Source of the DNA: a virus
Lineage: Duplodnaviria; Caudoviricetes
Length of the DNA stretch: 64,000 bases
Virus record (IMG/VR): IMGVR_UViG_3300033074_000233
Coordinates: 32,001 to 96,000 of that record
Strand: one strand, 5' to 3'
Notes under the pieces: generated by a model
The model's database searches: none
Seen by the model: the letters and a program-made list of their open reading frames with translations, nothing else
Told to the model about the DNA's origin: nothing
Shown here: one piece after another, positions 30,015 to 40,274 of the stretch
Layout of the letters: every line of letters starts with the position of its first letter
Position numbering within the stretch: position 1 is the first letter of the stretch
Program-made: the position numbers and the translations under genes

Positions 30015-30854
30015 TTAGATGGCCACGTTGTCATTGGTGCCGTCATAGGCCAGCGACAAGTTAGCGTAGTTCACATCGACAATCAGCGGGTTCGTATCGT
30101 TGGCAATCGTATACGTGGCAGCAATACCTTTCTGTATAGTCAGGTTGTTGGTAGCGAACGTACCGTTTGCGTCCTTAATAGGAACGTAGAAGGTATTAGA
30201 CAGAGTTACTGGCAAGGTCGCAGTTATCGGACCAGCAGCAGTATCTACTATGTAACCTTGGCCGGCAACGATGGTGAAGTTCGTGCTGACTACGTTCCAG
30301 ACAACAGCACCACCGCCACCGCCAGCAAACACAAGGGTCCACGTTGTGGCACCAGTTTTCAGGTATATTTCAGGCGTGTCAGTGCGCAGGTAGAAGTCGT
30401 TTACAAGGCCAAGAGTGTTCCCGTTGGGAACGCCTGTGCCACTGTACCAGTTGGTGCCAAGAGTCTTCTGAACCCAAGCTCCAGAAGACTTTGTGTAGAC
30501 GCCACGGGTTGAGGCGGACTGATCGAAGTACCAGTCACCATCTGCGCCGATTGCTGGGTTAGCGAGGCCTGTGCCAATATACCATGTAGTAGCCACTGTT
30601 GGTGCTCCTGAGCCGAAGATTTGCCAATCTATGTTGGCGGGTCCTACTTTGATGTAGGTGTTGAGTAGAACGCTTACGCTGTCATCCAGTGTGTCCACCT
30701 GCATATACAATGAGGGGATATTACCTGGATGCCCATCCGCAGATGGGTCAATCAGTCCTTTGTAGCAAGTCAACTTGTATGGCAGGTTGGCCTGTACAAA
30801 ATCCTTGAACTGATTTAAACCGGCGTAAACGTCGTTGACCGTCATATCTGTCAT
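30015..30854 (-). CDS. Virion fibre protein
   Basis: WY.GTG.P....G...D.Y repeats; GYIVDT..G.IT.TLP domain typical of phage fibres. Confidence 0.65.
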   Translation of the reverse strand: MTDMTVNDVYAGLNQFKDFVQANLPYKLTCYKGLIDPSADGHPGNIPSLYMQVDTLDDSVSVLLNTYIKVGPANIDWQIFGSGAPTVATTWYIGTGLANPAIGADGDWYFDQSASTRGVYTKSSGAWVQKTLGTNWYSGTGVPNGNTLGLVNDFYLRTDTPEIYLKTGATTWTLVFAGGGGGAVVWNVVSTNFTIVAGQGYIVDTAAGPITATLPVTLSNTFYVPIKDANGTFATNNLTIQKGIAATYTIANDTNPLIVDVNYANLSLAYDGTNDNVAI

Positions 30855-30896
30855 ACGAGTCTCCAGCAGGCTAGAAGGTTGATACCTCGATGGGTA

Positions 30897-33080
30897 TTAT
30901 GAAACAAAGATTGTTCGAGCAAGTGTACCTTCATCCCATCCAAAAGTAACGGTAGCCGAAGCTCCAGAGACAAGTGAAAAGGCTACAGAAAGAAGTTCAG
31001 CAGGCAAACTGAAAGTTCCGTCTATAGTATAGGCCGAAGTGTTGGTAAAACGTATTGAGTCTCCAGGCCTAAGGCCAGCACTAAACGGTATGTCGGCACC
31101 AGTTACAGCACCCGACGCTCGAAAGTTCACTTGACTCACTGGAACAGAAATTGCTGTGTTGGATCCTGGGACAGGCGAATAACTCATGGACTCCGACCAG
31201 CCATTTTCTACGGTAAAGTCTACAGGATTCCAGGTCATGGTAGACGTTAGATAGCACAAGTTTGATGGATATCCAAGAAGCCAACTATCAATATCTACAA
31301 CGGCTCCTGAACCCGACTTCTGAACTAACGTCTTGCCCAAAGGAAAGCCTCCAACGTTTATTACTAAGTAGCTCGGTGCAGTGTAAAATATGTTTGAGTC
31401 CGTATATATTTGGATTAGACCACTACCAAGAGCGTCTTGTGGACGTGTGGTTAGATCGCCTACAGTTACGCCTGCCAGTATCTCGGCTGATTCAATCTGT
31501 ATTGGAAGACCGTAACTCTCCTGACAATTTTCGTCATACTCCGAGACTACGATTCTGGAACCGTAAGAGTTAAGGTAACTCAAAACCGAGAGTTCGTTGT
31601 TCTGTAGTTTTGTGGAATAGTTCTGTACAGCACTAGCGGTGGAAAACCTAGACAAGCAGCGACCTCCATTATTCCCGAGTGCTATCTTGTTTTGGTTAGC
31701 GCCTCCACCACTTACGGTTACTACTAGGTCATCTGGATACATGATTTCACAATCATTTGTTCCATAAAACAGAGGTGTAAGTCCACCGAGGCCAAGAGAC
31801 GCATCAAAGAGGAGTTCTAGATTTTGAGTTATACCTAAGCCACTATAGTTTTGGAAAAGTAGTTTTGCGCCAGTCTGAACCCGGCCCAGTATAACGTCAC
31901 TAGAAAAGTGTGTTGACAAGTTGGACTTTATTAGCAGTCCGTGCTCTATGATTAAGGTACCTGAACGTACATTATAGGCCTCGTTAGTGCAGGTGACGGA
32001 GCAGTTATCCAAATTGCCACCAGAACCGGATATTACATACATTGCAACGTCGATGCGGTTACCTGAGGATGTAATAAAGTTTGGAGTCTGTATGTCAAAA
32101 GGAACAGTACCCGTGTATAGGGTTATGTCTGAGTTGATACCTGATATCTGCAGGAAGGACTGCATGTTTGTCAGTACGGAAACTACTCCATAAGGTTCTA
32201 TTACCAACGACGTTGATATAGAACTTATAGCAAAGTAGGACCCAAAGGATATAGGCATAGCAGCGGCTGTTGGACACGTAACCCGAATGTTGCCCTGTAC
32301 CGCTAGGCTACACTGGATAAACGCACCCTGCTCAAATCCAACTAGAGTCAATGGTTTGGCGGTTCCACCTAAGCCTGGAATAGCGGATAAACCTAGCGCT
32401 ACGTTACTGTCTAAGAATAGGAAACAGAAGGTTGCTGACTGAGAGCCTGACTTCTGAAAAGTCCCGTAGATTGCTTTAAGGCCATACTGTGGTAGCGTGG
32501 CTCCCGAATACACATACTCAATAGCACGGTTGTAGATGAAGAACGGAAGTGCATACAGGTAATACTTGTACTGAACCGTTATCGGAGTCGTAGCCACACC
32601 GCTGCTAAAAAATTGCAGCGTACCATACTGCAGGTCAATCTGTACCTCAGTCGCACTGGCTGGCGCAGTAGTCACAACCGTAAAGCCCGGAACAACAACT
32701 GTTCCAGGAACGATAGGATTAGTTCCAGCGGCTGTAAGTGTTACCAGAAGACCATTAGACGGGGTTACACCCTGGTTAGTAACGCCAGACTGTGCCGAAG
32801 GAAACACCACGTATTTCGGCAGGGCGTCCGAGTTCACAAAACAAGTGCCGCCAGTTGCTACCCGAATCGTTAGATACGGATAGTATCCTTCAAGTTTAAT
32901 TGGCTTAGACAGCACAGTGCCATTGGGTATTTCCAGAATAACGTCAGCAGACGAGGAGAAGGAGTTCTGATCTAGCCAAGTCAGAAATTCTTCTACGGTA
33001 GTTGCTGGATACCCAGAGCCCAAAATAAAAGTCATTGTGCCGCGCTTGGTATAGGGCGCGACCACAGAATAAAGTGCCAT
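30897..33080 (-). CDS. Virion structural / fibre-spike protein
   Basis: 727-aa Ser/Thr/Gly beta-rich ORF in structural block. Confidence 0.55.
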   Translation of the reverse strand: MALYSVVAPYTKRGTMTFILGSGYPATTVEEFLTWLDQNSFSSSADVILEIPNGTVLSKPIKLEGYYPYLTIRVATGGTCFVNSDALPKYVVFPSAQSGVTNQGVTPSNGLLVTLTAAGTNPIVPGTVVVPGFTVVTTAPASATEVQIDLQYGTLQFFSSGVATTPITVQYKYYLYALPFFIYNRAIEYVYSGATLPQYGLKAIYGTFQKSGSQSATFCFLFLDSNVALGLSAIPGLGGTAKPLTLVGFEQGAFIQCSLAVQGNIRVTCPTAAAMPISFGSYFAISSISTSLVIEPYGVVSVLTNMQSFLQISGINSDITLYTGTVPFDIQTPNFITSSGNRIDVAMYVISGSGGNLDNCSVTCTNEAYNVRSGTLIIEHGLLIKSNLSTHFSSDVILGRVQTGAKLLFQNYSGLGITQNLELLFDASLGLGGLTPLFYGTNDCEIMYPDDLVVTVSGGGANQNKIALGNNGGRCLSRFSTASAVQNYSTKLQNNELSVLSYLNSYGSRIVVSEYDENCQESYGLPIQIESAEILAGVTVGDLTTRPQDALGSGLIQIYTDSNIFYTAPSYLVINVGGFPLGKTLVQKSGSGAVVDIDSWLLGYPSNLCYLTSTMTWNPVDFTVENGWSESMSYSPVPGSNTAISVPVSQVNFRASGAVTGADIPFSAGLRPGDSIRFTNTSAYTIDGTFSLPAELLSVAFSLVSGASATVTFGWDEGTLARTIFVS

Positions 33081-33125
33081 GATTAAGCCCTCTGTTGAAT
33101 CCAGAGTTGCAGGGTGCCAGTGAAG

Positions 33126-34139
33126 TTACGCATTTCCATATCTCCTATTTTGTGCTTTTCTCATGTTATTTTTCCAAGAGTCGGAGAATACCGGACGACT
33201 CTTTCCAGTCTTGGAAGCAGAAATAGCAGCACAGTGTTCTGACGAATAAGGTCCTCTCTTTATGCCCTTCTTGGCTAAACTTAGTTTTCTCTTATGCTCC
33301 TCAGAGAGTTTCTTACCTGAGTGTGCTTTCCTTAGTTTATTTTTAGTCTTGTCAGAACAGGTTCGACCTATATTTGACTCCGATATTTTAGTTCTATGCT
33401 CAGCGGAAAGTTTTTTGCCTCTTTTCGACTCGGAAATTTTGTCTTTAATTTCCTGAGACATAGGTGCGCGTTCTTTCGCTTTCTGACTTAGTTTTCTACG
33501 ATGCTCGGAACTGAAGGTGTGACCCGTTAAACCGCCACCACCTTCTACCTTATTAAGTAACGGACCTGTACCTGATACTTTCTTTCCAATACAGGCTACA
33601 AGTTTTCTTTCTAGGCTCAAGGCTTCACGATCAGTAAGATCGCTTTGGATTATCTTGTATACTGGTGTTAGCCCTGCAGACTGTATTTTAGTTAGGAGTT
33701 TATTCAGTGGATAGTTTTCTTTCCTAGATTCATGGTGTTGCAGCCTATTTCCAGAACCTTTACCAATATAGATAGGTTTATTTGGAAATATCCAAGTTAC
33801 GTTGTCTGTATCCTTATATAGGAATGGACCTATTTTTCTCGGGTCCTGTACTATGTAGGTATAGAAGTGAGTCAACGGATACTTCTTATGCTTTATGGTT
33901 TCTAGTCTGGACGCTAGATCATCCGCGTTGTCTTCTGAGAGTAGTCCTTTAATGACTCGTATACCCAAATTTTGGTAGCCAACTTGGATGAACCTGTTCT
34001 TGGATTTTCTTACGTCCTTTAGTTTTCCAGAGAAAAACCTAAGAGGCTTGTGCTTAAGAAGGTGCTCGTCAACAGCGTATTTGCCAGGATTAGACAGGTC
34101 AACTACGCACCAAACAATTAGGCTCTTTGTGCTATCCAT
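33126..34139 (-). CDS. GIY-YIG homing endonuclease with NUMOD3 repeats
   Basis: FYTY...PIYIGKG.G.R...E...LLN; repeated S.EH..K.S....G (NUMOD3); AT-rich. Confidence 0.85.
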   Translation of the reverse strand: MDSTKSLIVWCVVDLSNPGKYAVDEHLLKHKPLRFFSGKLKDVRKSKNRFIQVGYQNLGIRVIKGLLSEDNADDLASRLETIKHKKYPLTHFYTYIVQDPRKIGPFLYKDTDNVTWIFPNKPIYIGKGSGNRLQHHESRKENYPLNKLLTKIQSAGLTPVYKIIQSDLTDREALSLERKLVACIGKKVSGTGPLLNKVEGGGGLTGHTFSSEHRRKLSQKAKERAPMSQEIKDKISESKRGKKLSAEHRTKISESNIGRTCSDKTKNKLRKAHSGKKLSEEHKRKLSLAKKGIKRGPYSSEHCAAISASKTGKSRPVFSDSWKNNMRKAQNRRYGNA

Positions 34140-34780
34140 AACTGCAAAGTTCCTGTAAAATTTTGGGAGGTAACAACGTCATTCAGGTACATGATGTACG
34201 CGCCGTTCGGATTAGGCGTACCTGCTACATCGCATATACGGAACTTCTGGCCAGCAGCATTACTCGGCGCGGTGACTTGGTCGTTGGTCAGTGCAAACAG
34301 AGCAACGTCCTCTACCTGTACTTTGGCCAGATCAGTGACCGTGTAGCCAATAGGTGCGATGCGCGATAGCATCGGGAACGTGACCAAGTGGCGTGGAATA
34401 GTGTAGTCCAAGGCATCCCCCGAGTTCGCAAGTCTGATGATTGTTACTGTGGAAGTTTTCGTTCCAGGATTATACAGAGTGAGTGATCCAACCTGTGTCG
34501 TGGTAACGAACATAGTCTGGTTGGTCATTGTCACAGGCGCGTTGGCTTCTATCTGCGTTGTAATCGTGATTGGGTATTTGCTATATAGAGCCACACCTAC
34601 TGTACCAACGATTTCGGAAACAATCATCGTGGAGTCAGGTGGAACGGAAAGAGTACGCTCGGCAATCATGCCAAGGTCTTCGGTAATGGCTGAACGAACT
34701 GCGAGCAAGTTCCTGCGTAGTTTTTCGTCCGCAGAGTATATACGCAGGTCAAGTGCCAGTGTCTTGGCGTTGGTAGTCAT
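34118..34780 (-). CDS. Virion structural protein
   Basis: ORF in structural operon. Confidence 0.6.
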   Translation of the reverse strand: MTTNAKTLALDLRIYSADEKLRRNLLAVRSAITEDLGMIAERTLSVPPDSTMIVSEIVGTVGVALYSKYPITITTQIEANAPVTMTNQTMFVTTTQVGSLTLYNPGTKTSTVTIIRLANSGDALDYTIPRHLVTFPMLSRIAPIGYTVTDLAKVQVEDVALFALTNDQVTAPSNAAGQKFRICDVAGTPNPNGAYIMYLNDVVTSQNFTGTLQLWIAQRA

Positions 34781-34783
34781 CTT

Positions 34784-35599
34784 CTATTCCTCTTCGGCGG
34801 AATCATCAAGGGTTTTTATCTCAAGGATAATTTTTTCCGTCTTAGTAGTCAAGTACGGATCGTCGTTTGGAATCTCAACGTAATTCGGTTCACGGCCAAG
34901 TTCCTGTTGTCTACTTATAGTCTCTCCAATGGTTTCACCCGGAGAAACAAGCACAGGACCAATTACGATGTTGCGGAAGATCGGATATTTTTCAACGTCT
35001 ACTATGGCTTTGTTCTCGGAGAAGTAACCTTTAATCTTGATGGTGCCTAGCATTTCGTAGTTGTTCGGAATATCTATCGTGTTGTCCTTTTCAGGTGTTG
35101 CCAGACTGGTATCTAGTTCAACCTGAATGGAAATAGCCACACCATCATACTTGACGTTGAAGTTCATATTCTTTCTTACTGCGGCAAACATCCAAGCATT
35201 AACGAAAGACATGGATTGCCAGAAATCGTTTGTGAGGAAAGACACCTCACACATCATGTTCACAGGAATAATTATGTGGCGATTATACGTGGTGAGGCTG
35301 TCGTTTGCCGATCCGTAAGTTCCCATACGCAGCATTGACTTGGCATTATATGAATCATTGCCCTGTGGTATTTCTACGCTGGTCATCCTCAGAAACAAAT
35401 ATGGGTACTGAAAAGTACCTGATTGTTCCTGAATCTGTTTCAGGATATGCCATTTGTCTGAGGTAGAAATGAACTTAGGTGTTATTGCGGAATTTGTACT
35501 TCCAGCATCCGTTGCCTCGGTATCAACCGTGGAACTAAATGCTTTGGCCAAATACTGTAATGCGCCTTGGAGAATTATTCTTTCGAGCGTCAAGTTCAC
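34784..35599 (-). CDS. Tail terminator / neck protein (putative)
   Basis: Position between capsid and tail genes; YPY.FLR...IPVN...EV.F pattern reminiscent of gp15-type proteins. Confidence 0.45.
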   Translation of the reverse strand: MNLTLERIILQGALQYLAKAFSSTVDTEATDAGSTNSAITPKFISTSDKWHILKQIQEQSGTFQYPYLFLRMTSVEIPQGNDSYNAKSMLRMGTYGSANDSLTTYNRHIIIPVNMMCEVSFLTNDFWQSMSFVNAWMFAAVRKNMNFNVKYDGVAISIQVELDTSLATPEKDNTIDIPNNYEMLGTIKIKGYFSENKAIVDVEKYPIFRNIVIGPVLVSPGETIGETISRQQELGREPNYVEIPNDDPYLTTKTEKIILEIKTLDDSAEEE

Positions 35600-35661
35600 G
35601 GTTCACACCTCGTTTATATCAGTGCTGAAATGAAATTAGTGTGACCAGCGAGCCGACGACC

Positions 35662-35697
35662 AAAAAAAGGCCCGCAAGCAATTAAGCCTACGGGCCT
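35662..35697 (-). terminator. Rho-independent terminator ending the capsid operon
   Basis: AGGCCCGTAGGC-TTAATT-GCTTGCGGGCCT followed by T-run on minus strand. Confidence 0.85.
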
Positions 35698-35725
35698 CAA
35701 AGTCCCACTCCAGGTGGGCGCGGTA

Positions 35726-36406
35726 TTACTTCTTACCTTTCGGTTTTCCTTTCGACTTATCCTTCGAAGGCTTGGCGGCAGGTTTTGCTGCTTTGCCTTT
35801 TGCGGCAGTCTCAGTCTTACCGGAAAGGATACGAAGATTTGCTTGAGCACGAATCTTGCGGCGAGCAATCAGCGAAGCCTCTTCATCGGCTTTCTTGAAG
35901 TCTTCGGCATCAATATCACCGTCGCCATCAACATCACCTTCAAATTCGTCTTCGTCCGATGCAGATTGAGCAGCAACGGCCGCTCTGCGCTGCGCGCGTT
36001 TCGTGGCAGACGCAAGCGCCTTGGCCATTACTTCGCCGTCGTCCTCTTCAACTTCCTCGTCATCAACCGTCATTTCGAGGTCTTCCTCGTCGATTTCGTC
36101 TGTTGCTTCCTCTTCTTCGAGGTCTGCATCCAGGTCGTCATCGTCAAGTTCGTCCGCGTCGGCTTCCTCAACTTCCTCATCTTCGTCTTCCTCTTCCCAG
36201 CCTTCTGCGTTGGCTGCGTTGAGAGTTTCGATGGTGTCGTCAAAGTCGTCCTGTTCGGACGCCAGTTGCATGTGTTTGGCTGCTTCCTTGAACTTGATCG
36301 TGGCCTCTTCTGGCTTTTTCGACTGTACGAGAGCAGAACCCTCTTTGTGTCGTAGGGAAGCCATCAGAAGGTGGTCAAGCGCACGGAGAGTTACTTTAGT
36401 TCCCAT
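35726..36406 (-). CDS. Acidic low-complexity protein with basic tail
   Basis: D/E tract followed by K/A-rich C-terminus; directly after MCP. Confidence 0.7.
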   Translation of the reverse strand: MGTKVTLRALDHLLMASLRHKEGSALVQSKKPEEATIKFKEAAKHMQLASEQDDFDDTIETLNAANAEGWEEEDEDEEVEEADADELDDDDLDADLEEEEATDEIDEEDLEMTVDDEEVEEDDGEVMAKALASATKRAQRRAAVAAQSASDEDEFEGDVDGDGDIDAEDFKKADEEASLIARRKIRAQANLRILSGKTETAAKGKAAKPAAKPSKDKSKGKPKGKK

Positions 36407-36492
36407 GGCTTAGCCCTCTGGTAGTTTTGGTTAGCAAAGTGGAGAGTGCCTTTGATATTATCGCCAGCACTCACACTTTACAATACGCCGTA

Positions 36493-37578
36493 TTAGATAC
36501 GACGCGCCTTGGCTACCGAGCGGGAGTTGGCAATGACCATCGAGATCAGCTCGGTCATCCACCAGCCCTTACCAGGAACCTGTTCAATCGAACCATCAAT
36601 CGGGGTGCTGGAAACGCCACCACGATCAGTGTAGATACCGTGGTTAACGGAATCCGAGATGATGAACATTTCGCCCTGGTTCAGGACTTTGTGCTGCGGG
36701 TGACGGAACGCGTCGGTGTAAACGGTCATGCCCAGGATCGTACCCAGTTGACCAGTCAGCAACAGTTCGTGCTTGCTAACCGGGTCGATGATGGCAGCGA
36801 ACTGCGCGTCACCAACAATGTCGCCCCAGATATCGGTAGCGATCAGGTAAGACGAGGCAGCCAGGTTCCAGCGGGTTACCAGAGTCTTGAGCGCAACAAG
36901 TGCGGACGGGTTCATCGTGCCCACGATAGTCGTGAACTCGTTGGACACGCCAACAGTGTTGGTAGCAAGACGGTACCACAGACGGTCTTCTGCAACCATC
37001 ACACCTTCTTGGGCTTCTACGAACTTCTCTTCCAGAACATCACCAACAGACTGCTGGATTTCACGCTCCTCGATGAACGGACGAGCGTTGATGTAAAACT
37101 CCGGCGGGAAGTACATATTGTCACGGACGATCTGCGAGAACGTCTTGGTCGGTGCACCAGCAACGGTTGCAACACCGTTCTTGAGGCGCATCTTGACGTA
37201 CGGACGCTGACCTTGCGACAGTTCCTGGCGAGCCAGGAAGCGACGCATGAAACCTTCACGGTTCGCAGCGATGTACAGTTCGTCGGCCAGGGTAGCACCG
37301 AGTTCCTTGTGGGCATCGCCGCTGTTGAAGGCAGCAGTCAGCATTTGCTGGTGAACCTTAGCCTTCTCTTGACGACGCTCGGCTTCGGTTTCGGTGATGA
37401 CGGACGAGGTCTCAGCGGCAGCCAGCAAACGAGTGATCTGGCCAAGCAGATCCTTGTTGCTGTTCGCGTTGACTTCGCCATTGCGACCAATGGCGCGGGA
37501 TTCACCCTTGCCTAGGCGCAGTTCAGTTGCAACTACCGGCTGTTTGAACGAAACGCCAGTCATGTTCGGCTTTTTCAT
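36493..37578 (-). CDS. Major capsid protein
   Basis: 361 aa, strongly biased codons, HK97-type pattern (EDR.W, G.LGTILGMTVYTD, GWWM.E..SM.I.N.RSV); follows scaffold and decoration-like genes. Confidence 0.8.
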   Translation of the reverse strand: MKKPNMTGVSFKQPVVATELRLGKGESRAIGRNGEVNANSNKDLLGQITRLLAAAETSSVITETEAERRQEKAKVHQQMLTAAFNSGDAHKELGATLADELYIAANREGFMRRFLARQELSQGQRPYVKMRLKNGVATVAGAPTKTFSQIVRDNMYFPPEFYINARPFIEEREIQQSVGDVLEEKFVEAQEGVMVAEDRLWYRLATNTVGVSNEFTTIVGTMNPSALVALKTLVTRWNLAASSYLIATDIWGDIVGDAQFAAIIDPVSKHELLLTGQLGTILGMTVYTDAFRHPQHKVLNQGEMFIISDSVNHGIYTDRGGVSSTPIDGSIEQVPGKGWWMTELISMVIANSRSVAKARRI

Positions 37579-37606
37579 GGTTTAGACTCCTGTTATCTCA
37601 GCCGGG

Positions 37607-38314
37607 TTAGATATCAAACACGAGGGCAGGAGTGGTCGTGCTCACGCCCGGTACTTCGATGATAACTGCGTTAGGAACCGCAGTTGCACCGCCGATCGTG
37701 TACAGACCATTCGCAGTCACCGTAAGAGCACCACCAGCCGACCAGTCTACACTGGTATCGAACTCAGTGGTAGCAATGCGGCCCTTACGGATGACACCCA
37801 TGGTGCCAAGCGTCAGGTTCGCAGCGCCGCCCGGCGGAATGTCACCTTGTACCGACAGAGCCTCGACCGTGGTCGGGCTGTAGCGATACGAAAGTGCCAG
37901 GGTCTTGCCTGCGCCGTGATGAGCGTAAGCAAGCGTCAGGACGTTGCCAGTCAGGTTGTACTCGTTGGCTGCGGCCGGAACCGGAACCGAAACGGTGATG
38001 GCCTGAGCCGTGGTGTTGTCGTAGAAACGGATGTTGCCAGTCGGGGTACGAGCCAGCGTGATGCTGAACGTAGCCGGTGCCGGAGCAATGGTCGGCGAAA
38101 CAACGCTTTCCATCATCGGCAGGTACAGCAGGGTCAGTTGCTGAGCCATCGAAGCACCGTAGTACTGGCCAGCACCAACAAGGCTCGGCTTAACGCCGAA
38201 AACGCCACCGGTGTAGTCAGAAACAAGGGCTTGACCTTCAGCAGTTACCGTGAAGCCGATTTGCACCGGAACTTCAACGGACTCAACGATACGAGTCTTA
38301 TCGAATAGCAGCAT
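37607..38314 (-). CDS. Capsid-associated (decoration-like) protein
   Basis: Between scaffold-like gene and MCP; beta-rich, biased codons. Confidence 0.55.
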   Translation of the reverse strand: MLLFDKTRIVESVEVPVQIGFTVTAEGQALVSDYTGGVFGVKPSLVGAGQYYGASMAQQLTLLYLPMMESVVSPTIAPAPATFSITLARTPTGNIRFYDNTTAQAITVSVPVPAAANEYNLTGNVLTLAYAHHGAGKTLALSYRYSPTTVEALSVQGDIPPGGAANLTLGTMGVIRKGRIATTEFDTSVDWSAGGALTVTANGLYTIGGATAVPNAVIIEVPGVSTTTPALVFDI

Positions 38315-38328
38315 GATTGCTTCTCCTA

Positions 38329-39882
38329 TTAAAAGATGCGGCCGCCGTTGCGACTACGAAGGTCGACAACGGTAGAACGGATGTCCGAAACTGCCAGGCT
38401 GGAAGTCTCTTGGGTTTTGCCACCACGACGAAGGCCTGCACCTTCGAGGCGAGCCTCGGTAGGTACGGTCTCGTCCATGTCCACTTCGTCACCAGCATCT
38501 ACTACGGTGGTCGGCTGGTAGTTCATGTCGCCAATCGAAGTCGCAAGTTCATTGCGGAATTCAACGGATTTCGACAGAAGTTCCTGAGCCTTCTCGAACA
38601 GAGACTTGTGATACGGGTCATTGTACTGGGCAAAGACCTTGTCAACTACACGGGAGGCACCTTTGAAACCAGATGCAGCCAGTTCGTTTTTGAAGGCTTC
38701 TTTCAGCACATGTGGTGAACCCTTGAACCATCCTTTGTTCAAACCAGCAGCAACGATGCCAACTGCTTGGCGGAAGTCGTCGCTTACATCCTTAATCTTG
38801 GATGCAATTTCACGCTGCGCTTTTTCGACGCCAGCAGTAACACGCTCATTGACCAACTCCGGAACAGGGAACTTTACAGCAGCCAGTTGGAAATTGTAGT
38901 GAGCAAGTGCCTTTTCTGCGCCTACTTTACGAACAGTGTGCTTGATGGCGTTTGCAAACGCGGTGGTTGCGAATACGCCTTCATTTTGACCCGCATTAGC
39001 GCGAGTCAGGTGACCTACCGGAATGCCGCCTACGAAGGCAACAATACGATCACCATAGCGTTCAATCGACAGGTCACCCTGAACGATTGCCGCAAGACAG
39101 GACTCCTCGAAGTCCACTTCTTCATCTTCACCGACCGCGTCATCTGCATCGTCTTCCGCGCTTTCTGCGGATTCGTCTGCATCTTCACTGTCATCGGCCG
39201 TGGCCAGCATGATTGGTTCAGTAGCCGGCTTCGGCTCCTCAACTGCTACAACAGGTGCATCAGCAGGCTTGACGTTATCGACAGGTGCAGCCGGTGCCTT
39301 AACATCGGTTTCTGCAGCCTTAGGAGCAGCGTCGGTCGCAGCGGCTGCGGCCTCAACTTCTTCCGTTTCGTCTTCTTCGTCATTGATGGTCAGATCAACG
39401 TCGTCCATTTCCTCGTCAGTCAGATCGTCGCCATCGGCAGACAATTCAACATCTTCAAGGTTTTCTTCAACGTCTTCGCCCTCAGTCGGGGGCATGTATT
39501 CGATTTCTGTGCCACAGGTGACACAGTGCATCTTTGTACCCAAGGCAGAGGCAGTTTCGAGAGTTACGATGTTGTGCGTTCCGCAAGAGGAACACTCCAC
39601 ATTCGCAAGATTCTCGTCGTCACCAATGTCCTCAGGAGAAAGAGCACCTTCACCGTCTTCAACGTCAACCTCATCCGAGCCACAAGTGACGCAGAACGGT
39701 TGGCTACCTGCAAGGGCAGAGAATTGCGTAGTGCAACCCTCACACTTAAATGCAGACAGGACCGTATCTTTGTTCACTTCTGGTGCGGCAGCGGCAATAA
39801 CGTAGAAGCCGGCGCCTTTCTCGTCAGAAGCGGCGTTAAGAACGCTCGCCTTGACTAGATGTGCCTTCTTCGCCTTCGCCAT
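38329..39882 (-). CDS. Prohead scaffold/core-like protein with Zn ribbons and acidic linker
   Basis: Four CxxC pairs, long D/E region, helical C-terminus; first gene of capsid operon. Confidence 0.55.
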   Translation of the reverse strand: MAKAKKAHLVKASVLNAASDEKGAGFYVIAAAAPEVNKDTVLSAFKCEGCTTQFSALAGSQPFCVTCGSDEVDVEDGEGALSPEDIGDDENLANVECSSCGTHNIVTLETASALGTKMHCVTCGTEIEYMPPTEGEDVEENLEDVELSADGDDLTDEEMDDVDLTINDEEDETEEVEAAAAATDAAPKAAETDVKAPAAPVDNVKPADAPVVAVEEPKPATEPIMLATADDSEDADESAESAEDDADDAVGEDEEVDFEESCLAAIVQGDLSIERYGDRIVAFVGGIPVGHLTRANAGQNEGVFATTAFANAIKHTVRKVGAEKALAHYNFQLAAVKFPVPELVNERVTAGVEKAQREIASKIKDVSDDFRQAVGIVAAGLNKGWFKGSPHVLKEAFKNELAASGFKGASRVVDKVFAQYNDPYHKSLFEKAQELLSKSVEFRNELATSIGDMNYQPTTVVDAGDEVDMDETVPTEARLEGAGLRRGGKTQETSSLAVSDIRSTVVDLRSRNGGRIF

Positions 39883-39951
39883 TTGCGTCTCCGAAGTCCC
39901 AAGTTGTGAAATGTACGCCCTCAGCGACTTTCGCCGTTGTGTGCGTGCAAA

Positions 39952-39981
39952 CTAAAATTAGTATGCACAAGATTAAATTAC
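39952..39981 (-). promoter_or_regulatory. Tandem putative late promoters for capsid operon
   Basis: GTAATTTAATCTTGTG and CTAATTTTAG; TAATTTAATCTTGTG is identical to 26469-26483. Confidence 0.6.
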
Positions 39982-40274
39982 ATTCGAGTGCCTACACAGA
40001 CCTACCGCCGGCCTATAGGACACTATTAAATGGATACCACTAGGATTAAGCCTGAGGCAGTGCGTTAGTCTCTACTTGAACTACAAAGTATCTACTTCCA
40101 TACTCTAAGTTATTGATTTAGATACAATTATCACTCGCCAGGCTATTTAATACCTAAATATGTAAATAGCAGCACTGGGAAGAGTAATGATATGTTCCAG
40201 ACGGTAGTCCTGAAAGGGTACTGCATACCAGTGCCACATTAGACTATTGGCTATACGGACACACGGAGTAACAG

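Noticed and set aside
33126-34139. Possible group I intron around the GIY-YIG gene
   Set aside because: Flanking genes look intact and there is no room for an intron core (overlap upstream, 45 bp downstream)
36427-37515. 362-aa plus-strand ORF
   Set aside because: Antisense shadow of the major capsid gene
38767-39858. 363-aa plus-strand ORF (and similar 3829-4683, 46118-47026, 53529-54263)
   Set aside because: Antisense to well-supported genes, with unnatural composition
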